From assembly GCA_002633005.1 (NCBI GenBank), contig NMRA01000072.1, forward strand, positions 1,072,656 through 1,136,655: a stretch of 64,000 nucleotides of DNA. Reading direction: 5' to 3'. Both the position numbers and the translations under genes were made by a program. The stretch is from Phoronis australis (lineage: Eukaryota; Animalia; Phoronida). The notes under the pieces are model-generated. The model was given only the letters and a program-made list of their open reading frames with translations, did no database searches and had not been told where the DNA came from. Positions 1 to 13,963 of this stretch are shown here, piece after piece; positions within the stretch are counted from its first letter, which is position 1, and each line of letters begins with the position of its first letter.

Positions 1-278
1 TGGGCGGTGTTACAGCCATTTGACCTTTTTTTAACCAGAAAGGAAACTTTAGAATTTTTTCGCCCTCCTTGAATTTCAGTTTTGGCATTTTGGCGACTTC
101 AGATTTCATTTGGCGAGCTGAAAATTTTGCCAGGTGGCCAAATGCGACTTGGCATCTAACTAATCGTGTAGTGCTGATTGAAGTGGCTATTTGTTTCGAG
201 TCCATTGCACTATTCTTGTATGACTTCTCCAGAACCAGTTTGAACACTACTGTCATTTTGTATTTTTACATTCCAGTC

Positions 279-438
279 ATGATCAGGATGAATGGGAATA
301 AGAAACGGCGTACGCAGAACACATGGAACATTCCTTCCTCCAAAATGGCCAAGCAGTGTATCAACCCTATAAGGCAGATTGTTGATTCCATGAAAGTCGC
401 GCCAAATCCAGAAAAGGATCTCATTGCTTTGTCAATAG
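279..438 (+). CDS. TAT: TAT coding exon 1
   Basis: ttccag acceptor ending at 276 implies an upstream non-coding exon. MIRMNG...[26 protein letters not shown], donor gtgatt. Confidence 0.88.
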
Positions 439-3400
439 GTGATTGTTGGATAAAACCTTGACATGACTCATTTTGCTTTGTTTGAATTATTATCAAGTAT
501 GAGTATTCTCAAAAAGTTCCTTCAATCCATGGTATAATGAGTCATCAAACTCTAGTATTGATATATAGTCATTATCATTCATGGTATTTATCAAAAGGCT
601 GATCCTACCTAAGATGGTAGCTAGTACGTGATTGGGAATGCAATGCTACCTTTTTCAAACAAAACATTTCAAACTTATGCAAATTTAAGTGTGTTTTCAA
701 ATTTATTGAATTCTATATGACCTTTGATAAAATGGGCCTCTGAAGTTGATATCAATTGCTGTAACTACTTGCCTGTCTTATAAGAGCAATTGCACGCTTT
801 TTCAGGAGATCCAACTATATTTGGAAACTTGCCATTTGCTGAAGAGATCCAAAGTGCTGTTGCTGAAAAGTTGTCTAGTGGAAGATGTAATGGCTATGGA
901 AAAAGTTATGGTAAGGTTGGAAGTGCAGTTATTCAATCAACTTGCACACAAACAGTAAAAGGCGACCTTGATTCATTACCAAGGGTCAAATTCCTCAAAC
1001 GAAAGCGGTCTGATGGAGGGATATTTGGTGAAATCGACTGAAGAGGGAGCATGCCAAGTTTGCGATTTCCAACATTTTGATCTTGGAGTTTTTGCTGTTT
1101 TGGACCAGTTGATGGCAGAATGACACAGTTTTAAAATAATTTTCAAAATAACCCAGTTTCTATGGACTTGATTTCTAAACTTGGTTAGGAAACAAATCTT
1201 CGAAGCAGCGTTTGAATGGTTATTTTACCAGGTGAGTATACTTAAAGTGGCTGCAAACTCGCTTCCTGTCACAAATCCAACTTTTGATTTAGAACACTTA
1301 CTTTTACGAAATTGGTCTTGCATTGTTTCTTAGTCGAACTAGAAGTGCTTTGTGCAGTACGTTCTAACTGATATTTTTTGTTATTACATGATACTAGGCA
1401 CAACAAGTTGGTTTGCTGTGTGTCATTTTATGCGCTAAAGTGGTCGCAAGTAATGATTACCTGTCAGTTTTTTGTAAGTTTAGAAATCTGTCTAATCTGA
1501 AGTAAGAATCAAGTCAAGACCAATTTTATAGCGACAACACAGCTGTGTATGCCTCCTATTTAGATTTGTTTTCCTTAAGTAAACTTAATTTTTTGCCAAA
1601 TATGCAATTCTGTACTCTCCCAGGTTAAAGTACAAACATTGCCAAATTTGCACGTCACATTTTCACATCTTAATCTTCCTTTCTGCCAGTTCACAGAAAC
1701 GATTGTCACGCATTATTTACTTTTTACGTCATAATAATAAAACTAAGTACTACGATGCAGTACTATTTTATTAATTTGTTTGGTTGAACAAAAAGCTCAG
1801 TCAAAGATGGCTCTAAAATTTCCAAACATGTCTCATTTGAATACATATTAATTTGGTTTCACAAGTCAAAGGGACTAAACTATCCATGATAGATTAAAAA
1901 ATACGAGGTTTCAAAATCTATGAATCTAGAATCATTAATTCTGTTTGGAGTCAGTCAGATGATGAGCAATTATTTGTCTGTTTCATGTGTACACACAGTT
2001 CTTGACTTATAATTTTGCTACGTCTGTTTAGTTCATGCAAGTTTTGGTTAACACGTTGATCCAGGGTCATTTTGTCATTTTCAGTTCCTCTTTCATCCAA
2101 ACTCAAGATAAGTGTCTATAATTCTGTGCTGGAGTCAATTATGCTTCAGGTGGATGACTCCCATTCTAGTTTGCACTTGTTGACCCTGGAGTTAAGGCTA
2201 CAAGTTCGAGTGTGAACTAGAAATCTCGAATTTGTAGCTGGAATCTAGGGGTCATCAGGTGCAAACTTGGACTGTAGAAACCTATGTGCATAAATCTTAT
2301 CTTGGCTTCACACAAAAGAAGAATGAAATATCTCAAAAATAATTTCAAGTTCAATTTCGAGTTCAAAGATTAGACCCTGGACCCAGAACATGGTATATGG
2401 CGGCATAACGTTATGTTGGACCTTATCTTCAAGTCTATGCCAAACATTTATAAAGCTGTAGATTTCAGCTCGGTAAAAGTATATATTTTCTGAAAGTAGA
2501 AAATCTGCAGAATTTGAATTTTGTCTTTTTACCAATCCCATTAATTGGATCACTGCCCTTAGTAAAATTTAAAAAAATTAAAGGTACATTGATAGCAATG
2601 CAGCGGTATGAATAACGTGACCAAATTTAATGTAAATGTCCAATGTTCAAAAATTTTCTAAATTATCATTCTGTTTTCGTTTAATCCAATTGTTAAGCTT
2701 TTTCACGAAAATAATAAAAAATCACATTTTTATAGCCCTTCATGCAAAAGTGAAATTTAAAACAATTGCTAATAGCTGGAGAACACTGCATCGACCATAG
2801 TATCATCATTTGAATCTGACGAGCTCTTTTTGAGATATGATGTTCCAAAGACAGCCAGTTTTTTCTAGAACCTACAGAACTTTAAGAAATATGGAGTAAC
2901 AGTTGTTGATTAGTTTTGTCCTGTTCGGATTCCAGGTATTGATGAAGCTAGACAGGCAGTAGCCACATATGAGAATGACCATGGCTGCGGGCCAGTCACA
3001 ATGGACGTAAGTTGGATGTCCCAGTCACAGTCTCTTGTTGCAAGAAGTTGAATTCTTGCTCCAAGATCTACAATTGATGTGAGGTTGTACAGATGAACTG
3101 CCGAGACTGGACAGCTTTTTCTTTGCTTTGCCTAGAGAATGCGTTGCTCACCTACGGTACAGGTTCTCCAGCATGGGACTGTCTAAAATTTGGAGCACTG
3201 AAATTCAAGCTGAAATTGGAATTTTCATGGTTCTCAAAATAGGGACATAAGTAAATTTGGTTTTTATCATATTCTTCAAATGTTGAACACTGCATTTTGT
3301 ATCAACAAAGTCCGAGACAAAATTGGCTGCCAACACAAAATTTGTCTTTCAGATTATTCTTTAATTTGGGACAACCAATATTACCTATTTCTAAAATGGT

Positions 3401-6400
3401 ACGATCTCCGACTTTAAGCAAAGTAGCAAAATTTCCACTCTTCCAAACTGGATAATTTTCATCACACGTTGCTGACTATTACTAAAAGGCCGCACTCGGT
3501 ACAGGTCAGAGATTGCTTAAAGTTCTGCTGGCATGCTTATTACAGTTTTGATAAAACATTTCAGTTTGAATATGAAGAGCATGCTGTTAACAGTTACCTT
3601 GCACGTTATCATAAGTGTACTGCCTTCGTCGCCACCAGAAACAAACAAAATAGTCACTCAGTCAGTGATGTCATGAACAGAGTTATAGTGGGCAACATGC
3701 ACTTTGTAATCTGTTAATCATGCCAAACACTGTGTTTCTGTCATGTTGTTTGTAGTGATGGGCTACTCTGGTAAATTAATATCAAGTTTACTGACAATGT
3801 GTACATTTTGTCTAACAAATGATCGTTTTTGATTTCACGACCTCAACAGTTATCGCTTTAATTCATAAAGCATAAATGGCGGACAAACTGGTTGCCTCAG
3901 TTGGATGTCAGTTCATGATCAAACGATTTGAGTTGACGCAGGCCATAATTAATGTCCAAACCTTTCCAACCATTGTAGTCACTCATAGAAGTCTGGGTCA
4001 CCTTTTTATCGAGTTGAAAGTTTAATGTTCAGGCACTTACTAATTGAGTTGCTGGCTAGGTGAAATTCTATGATGGACGTATGAGCATACCTTGTCAACC
4101 GATAGCGAACGCCCTCTCTGATTCTTTACCTACATTGTTCCTCATCAGCTGGACACTTTGGCTGCAGCTGCATATTGTAATACTGTACTAATCACTGTCT
4201 GATGTTAACATTAGTTTGGTGTTTGTCATTCTGAAGTACAAGTCACTAAAGCTATATTGTTATATGATGTAGGGCATGATAAATCATTGTTCACTTGCCC
4301 AAACTCCTGCTCAGAAGCGTAATAATAGCACCCCTAACTTTCGAAACTAGTTCAATCTTATAGTGTCTTTTTCTACCTCCGCAAAGAGGAGAGTTTAATC
4401 TGCGATGTGGGAATTTGTGTTCATCCTCTCATTACCTGCAGTACAGCTTTCTCTGGTTCAATGGCCTTCAGTTCCAGACAACAGAGTTGCTGAAAGTGGG
4501 GTAAAATCTTTTAACATCATTGTCTGGTCCATGTAGCCGTTTTCTGCCATCACAACATGCAGCCACACTTCTTAACAGTTACTTAAAACCCAATTATTCA
4601 ATGAAGCTCAGCCAAACTTGGATAAGTTTTTATTGAAATTTGGGCAATTAACAAGTACGGTCATGATGGTTTGGAGTCACGATGCAGTTTACTAAATCAA
4701 TCATACAGAGTCTGCTGAGTTGTTTTAATTCTATTGAATACAAGTTACACTGCACCCGAGAAAGTTGTATAAAGAGCCTTCTGTTTGGAAGATTCATTAG
4801 CCCTTATTGCATTCGAAGCTGTGGTTATCTGTTTTTATGCAGTATCATAATGTTGTGTACAGGTAATTATTATGTATTCCGTGTTCTCTTGCTACATGTA
4901 CTTAAACATGGCACTGCTCCGTGTTTAAAAAGCTCTGGCCATATTTGGAAATCTTGAGTCCTATTTGATAAGCTGTTAGCCATATTTGGAAAGCATATTT
5001 AGAATGTTGAGCCATGCTTGAAGTTGAGTTTTTGTTTGCTTTACAAGACAAATGATTGACACAGTGATGCTTAGTTGTACTTATTTTTTTATTCTATGTA
5101 ACCATGGCAGTGACATGCTCAGCAAATGGAAATGTTTTTATAGTTGTTTCTGTGATTAGCAAAAAGGCAGATCAAGATTAGAATGCGAAAACTCCACTCA
5201 CTAATTTGCACCATGTTTGCTATTTGCTAAGGGAGAAACCCCGAGTGCTATTAATATGTAGGTTTACTGTGCTCATAACATGTGTCTATATTTGCCATCA
5301 TTCAGGATGTCATCCTTGCAAGCGGCGGTTCACATGCCCTAGAGATGTGCATCTTGGTGTTGGCCAACCCTGGGCAGAATATCTTAGTTCCCAGGCCAGG
5401 ATTTTCCCTCTACAAAACTCTGGCTAATGCCAGTGGTATAGACGTTCGGCACTATAACCTTCTGGTGAGTACATCTACTGGAAGAAAGAACGAAATTCCA
5501 TTCAGGCTGCATTATGCAAAATTCCTCACTCTGGTCTGGTTTATCTAAACAGATCGGTTTTCATTCATGAATACACACTCAAGAAGTTGACCAGAAGTAG
5601 TGATGATCACTTTCTTATCACACCTAAATTCAGAATCTTTACAAGCTGACGTTCTTTCTACTTCAGAGTCACAGTGTCGCTTAATATTTCAACCCCTTCC
5701 GTTCGGAAAACTGCCACTTTAACACTTTAAAGTGAAATGTTCCACTTGTGACCAGTATGTGCCATTTGAATAATCTTGTTTTTGCCAAATCCTTGTTTTT
5801 TCAGTTGTTATACCGTGATATTCTGAGTACCATTTATTTGCTAAGATGATGGTCACTATTCAGTTGTGTTAGTTTTGTAATCTCTTCAAATCTCAAAGTC
5901 TATCGAAAAATGTCTGTATCTTTTTCCACAGCCCGATAAAGATTGGGAAGCCGATCTGGAGCATATGGAATCATTGATTGACGATGATACTGTTGCCATA
6001 GTAACCAATAATCCGTCCAATCCATGTGGTTCTGTCTTCAGTGCAGAACACATCAAGGCGATTTTGTCTGTGGCTGAGATACACTGTCTGCCTATCATAG
6101 CAGATGAAATTTACGCACATGTGGTTAGTGAAATATCCATTCTTGTACTATGTAAAGGAACACCTGAACCTATTGAAGAGATAAGTTGTCTGCGCATGTT
6201 TACATGGCTTTATTTGTAGTTGCTGAGAGACCAGTGCTGAGCTCCACAGACGCAAGAATCTTGCTACCAAAGCTATAGTGTGATCATGTGCTTTGCTTGT
6301 AATGTATGATGTGATAGTGCTTTTTTGCTAATGTATTGTAGAGTGGGCACCATTTATAGTAATGCATAGTTTTACCTGAGTTTTTTGCACAAGTCAGAAA

Positions 6401-9400
6401 TCTCACTCTATCAGACAAGAACAGTTCATCAGGGCAGGTTACTTTGTTATCAGAACAGTTGAATATTTTGGTGGCAATGGTGTTCAGAATTTTATTTCTG
6501 GATGAAAGAATCTGAGACTAGTTATTCGCATCTGAATCATAAATGTCCCTCTTATGTAACTATTAAGTAAATTTTACTGGCTTTTCTAATGTACACAATG
6601 TCTCCTTTCACACATGTGGTTAGCGCCGGATAATTCTAATACCAAATAATTGATGAGTACTTTTCACATCAGGCTTTGTCCGTTACATTTTATAGCAAAT
6701 TCATATGTTCGAAAACTTATTTAGTATCAACTGTTAATGCTCTTAATTGCAGGTGTTTCCTGGCGAGACCTACCATTCCATGGCATCGCTCTCCAAGAGT
6801 GTGCCCATCTTGTCCTGCAGTGGACTCACCAAGAGATTCATAGTTCCAGGCTGGAGAATGGGTTGGATCGTTGTACACGATCGTCACGGTATTCTGAATA
6901 AAGAGGTGTGTTCATTTGTTCACGTGTTCATTCCTTGTGCATATTGAGTGTTCGTGTCTCTTGATAGCTCACCTTGATTTTGTAGTGATTGATTTCTGTC
7001 CGTGTTCCTTTGTTTCTATGCTGCGTTTCTGCTTTACTTGCAGTTCCTGTTCTGATGGGTGAGCTTTTTGTAGTATTGTTGTTGTTCTTGTTGTACTTGT
7101 TGTTTTAATTGTTTAACTGCTATTGTTAATTCTTAATTGTTATTATTATGTATACTGAGTGTCAGTGTTTATTTGTATTTAATTATCATCGGTATTGTTG
7201 TTGTTTTTCATTATTAAAAAGATTGTGTCTGCCCATTTTTGGAGGATTCAAATGTCCTGCTGAAAAAGATTGCCTCTGCCCATTTTTGAAGGATTCAAAT
7301 GTCCTGCTGAGAAAAAAAATAAACACTAATAGAAAAAACGTTCTAGAGCATTCTGAATGGAGAAAGCCTGAAGACTTCCGATCAGCCATTTCGGAGAAAT
7401 GATGCTCTGAATTTTAGCCAAATTTGAAATTTTTCTAGGGTCCTACTTAGTGTTAATGGCCCATGTTCATCTGATCACCGTCCCCAATGTTTTCAACAAT
7501 TTCACTGAACCTTCGTGTTGTGTTGCAAATACTGCTCAACACATGCCCCGTGTTTTTGTCTTTCTCAATTTTAACGGCCTGGACATTAATTTATGAAATT
7601 ATAATATATTCATTTTCATATTTTGTTAAGTAGTCTCTCTTTTCTAAGAATATCTTTACTAGCTATGGTTTGTTCAGAGTTACCTTTTCTTTACCAGGTA
7701 CGGTCTGGCCTGACTAGTTTGACTACACGCATAATTGGACCAAATACACTTATACAACACGCTCTGCCCAGTATATTGCAGAACACACCTCGAACATTCT
7801 TTGATAAGTGTATCCATTTATATCAGGTAAGAACTAGACTCATTCAACTGACAGAGATCAGCCGGGGAAATGTCATAAAGTCAGGATCCATTAATATTAT
7901 AAGGTTTATTCTTGTTTTATTCAACGGTTCCCCCGAAACATTTCTCTACATAATATCCAACTCAGTTTTCATTTACTTGACTTTTATTTCTCATTGTATG
8001 CTTCACTAAAACCTTGCCCAAGTCACCCTGTCATGGAATTGCCCAGTGTGAACTATGCTGTCTCATTTTATGGCCCTAAACTTGTAGCATAACCGTAGTG
8101 CTTTGGTGGGAAAACACAGGACTTCTGCTGCTCTCAATAGTTTGATATTCATCACGGTCACTGTTGGATTCTTTTGTGCTTATCACTATGGTAACTTGTA
8201 TTGTGGTTCTGTGGTGACGAGAGCGGATAGTCCACGGTGGAGCCACGGGGACCCATGGTAGTTTTAAAAAGTTCAGCAACTACTGTAGCAAGCTATAGTG
8301 CACTGCAATTCATCAGAGATAGAGCATGTTTACTACCAGCTTCACTACAGATGGCCACGGTTACCCCCCATTTCCAGCACCATAAATCGTAACGGTGTGC
8401 CAAGGGCTTAAGCTTTGTAGTGACAACACTGTTATATACATGTATTATTTACACTGTGGATTGCTTGTTTTATAGGAAAATGCCAACATTTGTTTCCGCA
8501 CAATATCAGAAATACCTGGACTGAAACCGATCATGCCCAAAGGTGCCATGTATATGCTGGTAAGGACATGCGTATTGCACAAGTAGATCCAGTCTCAGCA
8601 CAGAAGCCACTTTCATAAAAGAAGTAGCATAGGCATGAATCTATTGAAGCTGAAAATATTGTAAATAAAACTTTGAAAACTTAAACATTTCAGATTTAAA
8701 GTCTTAAGTTGATGGAGAGGCAGACGTAAAAACAGTACTGAAAAATGACAAAGCAACATTTTTTAAATTGAAAACAGTTTATCAGGAATAGACCCACGGA
8801 GTAATGTTAACCAGCAATGGTGTACAGTTGGATGCTGCATTTGATCCTGTAAAACAAATTGTACATACAGTTAAAAACTAATCCACTTATTTAGCACACA
8901 ATATTGATGACAAGCGAAGTTCTATTTTGTCAAATTTCTTCATAAAATAAATATGAAAAAAATGTTGATATGTTACTAGCATGGTTTGTCATAAAACAGG
9001 TTATAATAATTTTTCCATAATTGACTTTGACATAATCAACTTTTGAAAAAGGTGATAAATAGTATGTTCTTGATCACTGGAGATGATTGACTACTTGAGA
9101 TACGCTTATGTTAAACTTAATTGAAACATTGCACGTTTCTGGAGCAATTGATCCGCTGGCATAGTCTGTCATAGTTTGCTATTCCTATAGTGAAGAGTGT
9201 TGGTAGAGAGGAGGAAAAAGAAATCTGCACTTTCCTGGAACCACAGTGGTGTGTTTGACCTCACAGTCACGTAATCTGATTTGTCTAGTTTGTTTTCTCA
9301 TTACGCTGTTGTGTCTGCGATGTACCTTGTGAGTGTTGGCAAGTCACAAGAGGAGTTAATATCTTTTAAGAGTGCTTTATTGAGAGACGTGAAACATTTC

Positions 9401-11195
9401 TCATTGACATTCTCACAGTTCTTCTCCGTTTCAATTCTAAAAATAAAAAACAAAATGCATAGCAAACCTCACAGATACAGACAAAATGCAAATTCGGCAA
9501 TACCAAATACGAAAATACCATGAAAAGTACCTCAATACTGCCGCTCCCTGGCTCTCCTCACTGATGCCAAATATGCACTGCCACAATGTGAGCAAATCGA
9601 GTCAGCACACAACAGTTCATACTCAAATGAGGGTCAGGTCACATGCAAATTGCATTCAGACTATTCAGCCATGAATATACACGTGACCATAAGCCACCTG
9701 GAGCAAACAAACGTGAAGTATCTTACATACCTGCCATTGTGCAACTGAATGTTGTTACAGACATGGCCGAATGTATGGACTAAGTTTATTTTGAACAGGA
9801 CAATACATTCTCTCTTTCAGGTTGGCATTGACATCGACAGCTTTCCCTCTATCGCCAACGAAATCGAGTTCACAGAAAAACTGGTCATGGAACAGTCAGT
9901 CTTCTGCTTGCCAGCCTCGGTAAGTTTACCTGGAGCATGGTCACTGCAGTTTGCAAATGATTTGTCAAGATTCTGACACACTGCCAAGATGATTCACCCA
10001 ACTTGCTTGTCGTTCAACTTAGTTGTCTTGATCAGCCTACCTCATGTTCATACTGTGACGGAGTAATTTGATCAAGGTAAAAGGATTAATGAGGCAGACC
10101 CACAACTCATCATATTAATATACAAACGGTACACCATTGTATTGCCACATATATATGGTATATCATATTTAGACTTCAAGAAAATTAGTATGCTTCTGAA
10201 AATTATTGTTGTTCTGTGGCTAAATAATTGTGTGTCATACTTATATCTGACAACAGTGCAGGCCTATGTTGTCAGGGCTTGGAATTTTCTGCGGAAACGC
10301 GGATTTCCGCTTTTTTCAAATGTTCTTTCCGCGCATTTTATAATATTTCCGCGTAAAAAAAATTGGATTAGATATAAAATTTCCGCGGCAAATTCCTTTC
10401 TTACCGCGGCGTTGCAGACGACGTTCACCTCGAAAAGCGGAAGTTGCTCTTTATGTTTCGGAGGAACGTAAATTGTCAACATTGCCGGGGCATCTGGGTT
10501 AGCGTGGTGGGATTTTCAATGGCGTCTCGTGTTATTGTAAACCGCGGCGACAAATACTACGGCTCTGCAGCCAAAAGTGTGTGGACTGGGAGTGGACGGG
10601 CGACCTAAAATTTAGGACGCAGACGCATGCTACTGATGTCGGGGAAAGGTTCACATCGACCATTTCAAGGCTGGGTAGCGCGCATAATTTGGGCCGTAAA
10701 AGTTTCCGCGTTTTTTGTCATTGGTCATTCCAAGCCCTGTGTTATACATTCTGTGGCTGTTAATGTAAAGTCATTCCATTCATAGTAGCTATATTACCAT
10801 AGTGATTTAGAAGTCACTATGGCAATCTCAAAAAATAGACTGCATGTTCTAATGCTTGCTCAATTTTGTGAGTTCATCAGTTGAGTGCAATTTGTGTTTC
10901 ACGAGTGTGCTTGGAAAATGGCAGTCATTGAAATGATTGGTTGGTGATGTTGAAATGTGGAATTATGGGATGGAATTCAGTGTGCATAATGGGATACTTG
11001 CTCCAACAATTCCAAGCTGTCAGATAGATTTTTTGAAAATAGTGCATAAGCCAAGAGTCAGTTCTGATCAATATCTTTCTCTTCCAGTGTTTTCAATATC
11101 CCAACTACTTTCGACTTGTGCTGACAATGCCACCAGAGAAAGTACAGGAGGCCATGGGAAGACTGAAGCACTTCTGTTCCAAACATCACAAGTGA
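279..11195 (+). CDS. TAT: Tyrosine aminotransferase (PLP-dependent class I aminotransferase), spliced, 10 coding exons, ~419 aa
   Basis: Exons 279-438, 806-910, 2936-3006, 5306-5464, 5932-6123, 6753-6905, 7698-7826, 8476-8559, 9821-9919, 11088-11195. All introns GT-AG, phases join, total 1260 nt. Motifs [47 protein letters not shown] (PLP lysine), [21 protein letters not shown]. Confidence 0.96.
806..910 (+). CDS. TAT: TAT coding exon 2
   Basis: [15 protein letters not shown]...GYGKSY; ag/gtaagg. Confidence 0.93.
2936..3006 (+). CDS. TAT: TAT coding exon 3
   Basis: [24 protein letters not shown]; tccag/gtaagt; not in ORF track. Confidence 0.9.
5306..5464 (+). CDS. TAT: TAT coding exon 4
   Basis: [14 protein letters not shown]...[12 protein letters not shown]...YNLL; ag/gtgagt. 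Confidence 0.94.
5932..6123 (+). CDS. TAT: TAT coding exon 5
   Basis: PDKDWEADL...[11 protein letters not shown]...[10 protein letters not shown]; ag/gttagt. Confidence 0.94.
6753..6905 (+). CDS. TAT: TAT coding exon 6 (PLP-binding Lys)
   Basis: VFPG...[16 protein letters not shown]; ag/gtgtgt. Confidence 0.94.
7228..7312. repeat. Two-copy ~47-bp tandem duplication
   Basis: ctgcccattttt(g)gaggattcaaatgtcctgctga twice. Confidence 0.8.
7698..7826 (+). CDS. TAT: TAT coding exon 7
   Basis: [21 protein letters not shown]; ag/gtaaga. Confidence 0.93.
8476..8559 (+). CDS. TAT: TAT coding exon 8
   Basis: ENANICF...[16 protein letters not shown]; tatag/gtaagg. Confidence 0.93.
9821..9919 (+). CDS. 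TAT: TAT coding exon 9
   Basis: VGIDIDSFP...[18 protein letters not shown]; ag/gtaagt. Confidence 0.94.
10273..10739. mobile_element. hAT-like MITE in TAT last intron
   Basis: Perfect 13-bp TIR CAGGGCTTGGAAT...ATTCCAAGCCCTG, repeated CCGCG subterminal motifs, CpG-rich relative to flanks. No clean 8-bp TSD. Confidence 0.72.
11088..11195 (+). CDS. TAT: TAT last coding exon
   Basis: [15 protein letters not shown]...FCSKHHK, TGA at 11193-11195. Confidence 0.93.
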   Translation, partial: CFQYPNYFRLVLTMPPEKVQEAMGRLKHFCSKHHK

Positions 11196-13164
11196 ACAAT
11201 GGAGGAGCTTACCCTCGCATAATGAGCTTCATTGCACACATACACATACAAGCGAGTGTTACGGTAAATTGTCTCCAATTTGGGACAGCAAAAAATTAAT
11301 TATTTTGGTCAAGGTCAGAGCTTGCCCCAAATTCTAGAAATGGACAATATTGGCAATCCCAAATACAAGAATCATGCAAAATATTGCAAAATTTCCCACA
11401 TTTGAGAAGTGTGGTGGACCACAAAATCGCCCTTGCCCCAAATTTCAGAATATTCAATTCTTGCGATAGTTTCCATGTCCCAAATTCTAGAGTCTACCCC
11501 AAATTTAAGAATTTTTACTGTGCATACAGCATATTACAGCATCTTTGAACAAAACAGGTGTGTTCAGCAAAATGTCATTTTTACATTTGGGGTTAGTGAT
11601 ATATTGTTATGCTATATTTTTGTTTGTTAAAGGAAATGGGGTGAAATTTGGAACAATCCATATACTCCATGGTATTATCATGTATAATTAGAAAACGTAA
11701 CTCGCCGCATCAAAAAATAGAGGGTTCTTCCCCAAAATATCCAAAACAATGTTTTCATTGATGGCACTGCATGGGGTATTTTAGTATTCAAGATTGTCAA
11801 TGACTCCAATCTACTTATTTTCTACCCATATTATGTTTTCCACTTAATTTTACTTGTCAAGGAACATAACCCTACACTTTGAAATGTCAAAACCAAAAAA
11901 TCTGTTTTTCAGTGAATTTATGAAATATAAACAACGGATGTTTTGATGCCATGTTTATTAAAATGTGGCCTCACAAATGTCTTGTAAGCAACTGCACAGT
12001 TATGTTCATTCACTATGCCGTGGTAAGATACTTATTTTGACTTAACATCCAGTGCGACCATAAACAAAAAAAGAATATTTCCACAGCAGTCTGTGGGCTA
12101 TTTCGTAACAGGTTTGCAGATTTTTGTTTGAGAATCTTAAAAGAGACTGTTCGTTAAGTTTTCTAAAGAAATAGGAGGAAATTACCATCTTTCCCCAACA
12201 TAATATTTTTAGAAATGCGAGTCGTTGATAATCTTCACGGGTGCTCTTCGTCTAATCCAACTATTGTGCTTAGTAAGTTTAAATGTCAAGAACAAGTTGA
12301 TGACTTCGTCTAAAGTGTCCATTCATTGGTAGTCATTTGATCAACATTGTAGATTAAGACGACCATGCACAAACATTCCTTAATCAGTTTACTTTGAACA
12401 ATTGTTTTGCGTTAATTTTGATTTTTTCGTGTTTTGACGTATCATATGGTGCCTATGTATATATTCGTCTTTGCTGGTATTTTTCAGGCATTTAGAAATT
12501 TTATTATTGGACAATGTTCTATTTTTAGAGCACCGTTATCATTCCAGGCTAGTATAGAATATCGTTTTAACGTGTGTGTATCGTGTTGTGCACATATTTG
12601 CTGATCTGTTTGGTTTCGAAGACAACTGAAGCATAATCATGATGTAAATTTTGGGCAGCTAAAGAATCTCCTGTAATTGATTGATCTGGTTCTTTTTTAA
12701 CGTGAGCATCTATTTTTAATGGGGTTGTGAAGGTGGATATGTTTTTATTAAAAATGGAGCATTGTCTCAGAATTTATTTAAGCAACATTAATGTTGTAAA
12801 GGTTTGTTTTACATTCTATGCATTTTGCTGTGTGTACATTAAATGAGCATATCAGTGAAGTCAGAATTTCAGTTGATATTGTGGATCTTGGAGTTATGTT
12901 AATCTTGGAGTTAGGTGAATCTTGGAGTTATGTGAATCTCCTGTTAGTTATTAGCACTAAGAAATTGCTGTGCACCAATTCCAAATTTAAGTGTCATAAG
13001 TCTGGTCACACTCCGTCAGATTAGACGACTGTGATCCAGTAACAACAGCTCCATTTACATGCGGCTAACCATTGTTAATGTTATGTTTATGTACTTAAGA
13101 GTGCTAAAATTATTATCTATTTTGAAGAGTTACTTCAGGAATATATTCATTAAAGTACCAATGC

Positions 13165-13282
13165 CAATTCAGTGTATTTGTGGTGTTAATAAATAAGGGT
13201 ATGGATCTCATTATTTAATTCAATTTAGTGTATTTGTGGTGTTAATAAATAAGGGTATGGATCTCATTACTCAATTCAATTG
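13165..13282 (+). terminator. Candidate TAT polyadenylation signal, tandemly duplicated (~57 bp)
   Basis: agtgtatttgtggtgttAATAAAtaagggtatggatctcatta occurs twice. Confidence 0.4.
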
Positions 13283-13319
13283 TAGTTGCAGCGGCTCAAA
13301 GCCCATGTTCCATCCATGA

Positions 13320-13963
13320 AACTTAATTTTGAATAAGACCACTTACTGCTATAAACTTGGTCGCGGCTTAATCTTTACTCAAATGAGAAATGATTTTTAG
13401 TCTTGCAAAGTACTACCAGGTCACTCTAGCTCAAGACTATACTCGGCCAATAAAAACTTCGTTGAAAACACGACTAAACTTTTTGTTTGAAAGCTTGATA
13501 CCGAGTCAGTCGTATGTCCAAACAATCTCCTTTCTTCGGGTGTGCAGGTATGTGGTAAAAAATTGAGAGACATAACAAACAAATCAAAACACTAGCTTTA
13601 CTTCGAGACTGCATGTCTCATCATCAGGCAATAAGTGAAATGAACATATACGCAGCATGAAATGCCCGTGACAACGGGAGGAGGGGCATACAAGCGGAGA
13701 GTGTGAAAGCAACCCCCTGTAAGAAGCTGATTGAGTGACTCAGTATTGAGCTTTCGAACAAAAAGTCATGTTTTCAACGAAGTTTGTGTTAACGAAGGAC
13801 TACTATCGAACTATACTGACTTCGGCTAATAAAATGAAACGTTTCGACTTGTTAACCAATACCGAAATATCAGTTCTTTCCAACTCCAGAAATCACGTTC
13901 TATTTTGACTAAGTAGCACCTTGAGACCAATTTGATAACAGTAAGTGGTCTGAATCAAAAGTT
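13320..13963. mobile_element. Nested inverted-repeat elements between the two genes
   Basis: Outer IR agaccacttactg..tat..a..ttggtc (13337/13925-13950). Inner IR aaacttcgttgaaaaca..gac..tttttgtt.gaaagct..atac.gagtc (13454-13507 vs 13737-13785). Inner part flanked by tcggc(c/t)aataaaa direct repeats. Confidence 0.65.

Noticed and set aside
13454-13785. Inverted arms read as U3-A8 variant hammerheads (ttgaaaa...gaaagctc)
   Set aside because: Stem I cannot form and stem II lacks a closing pair
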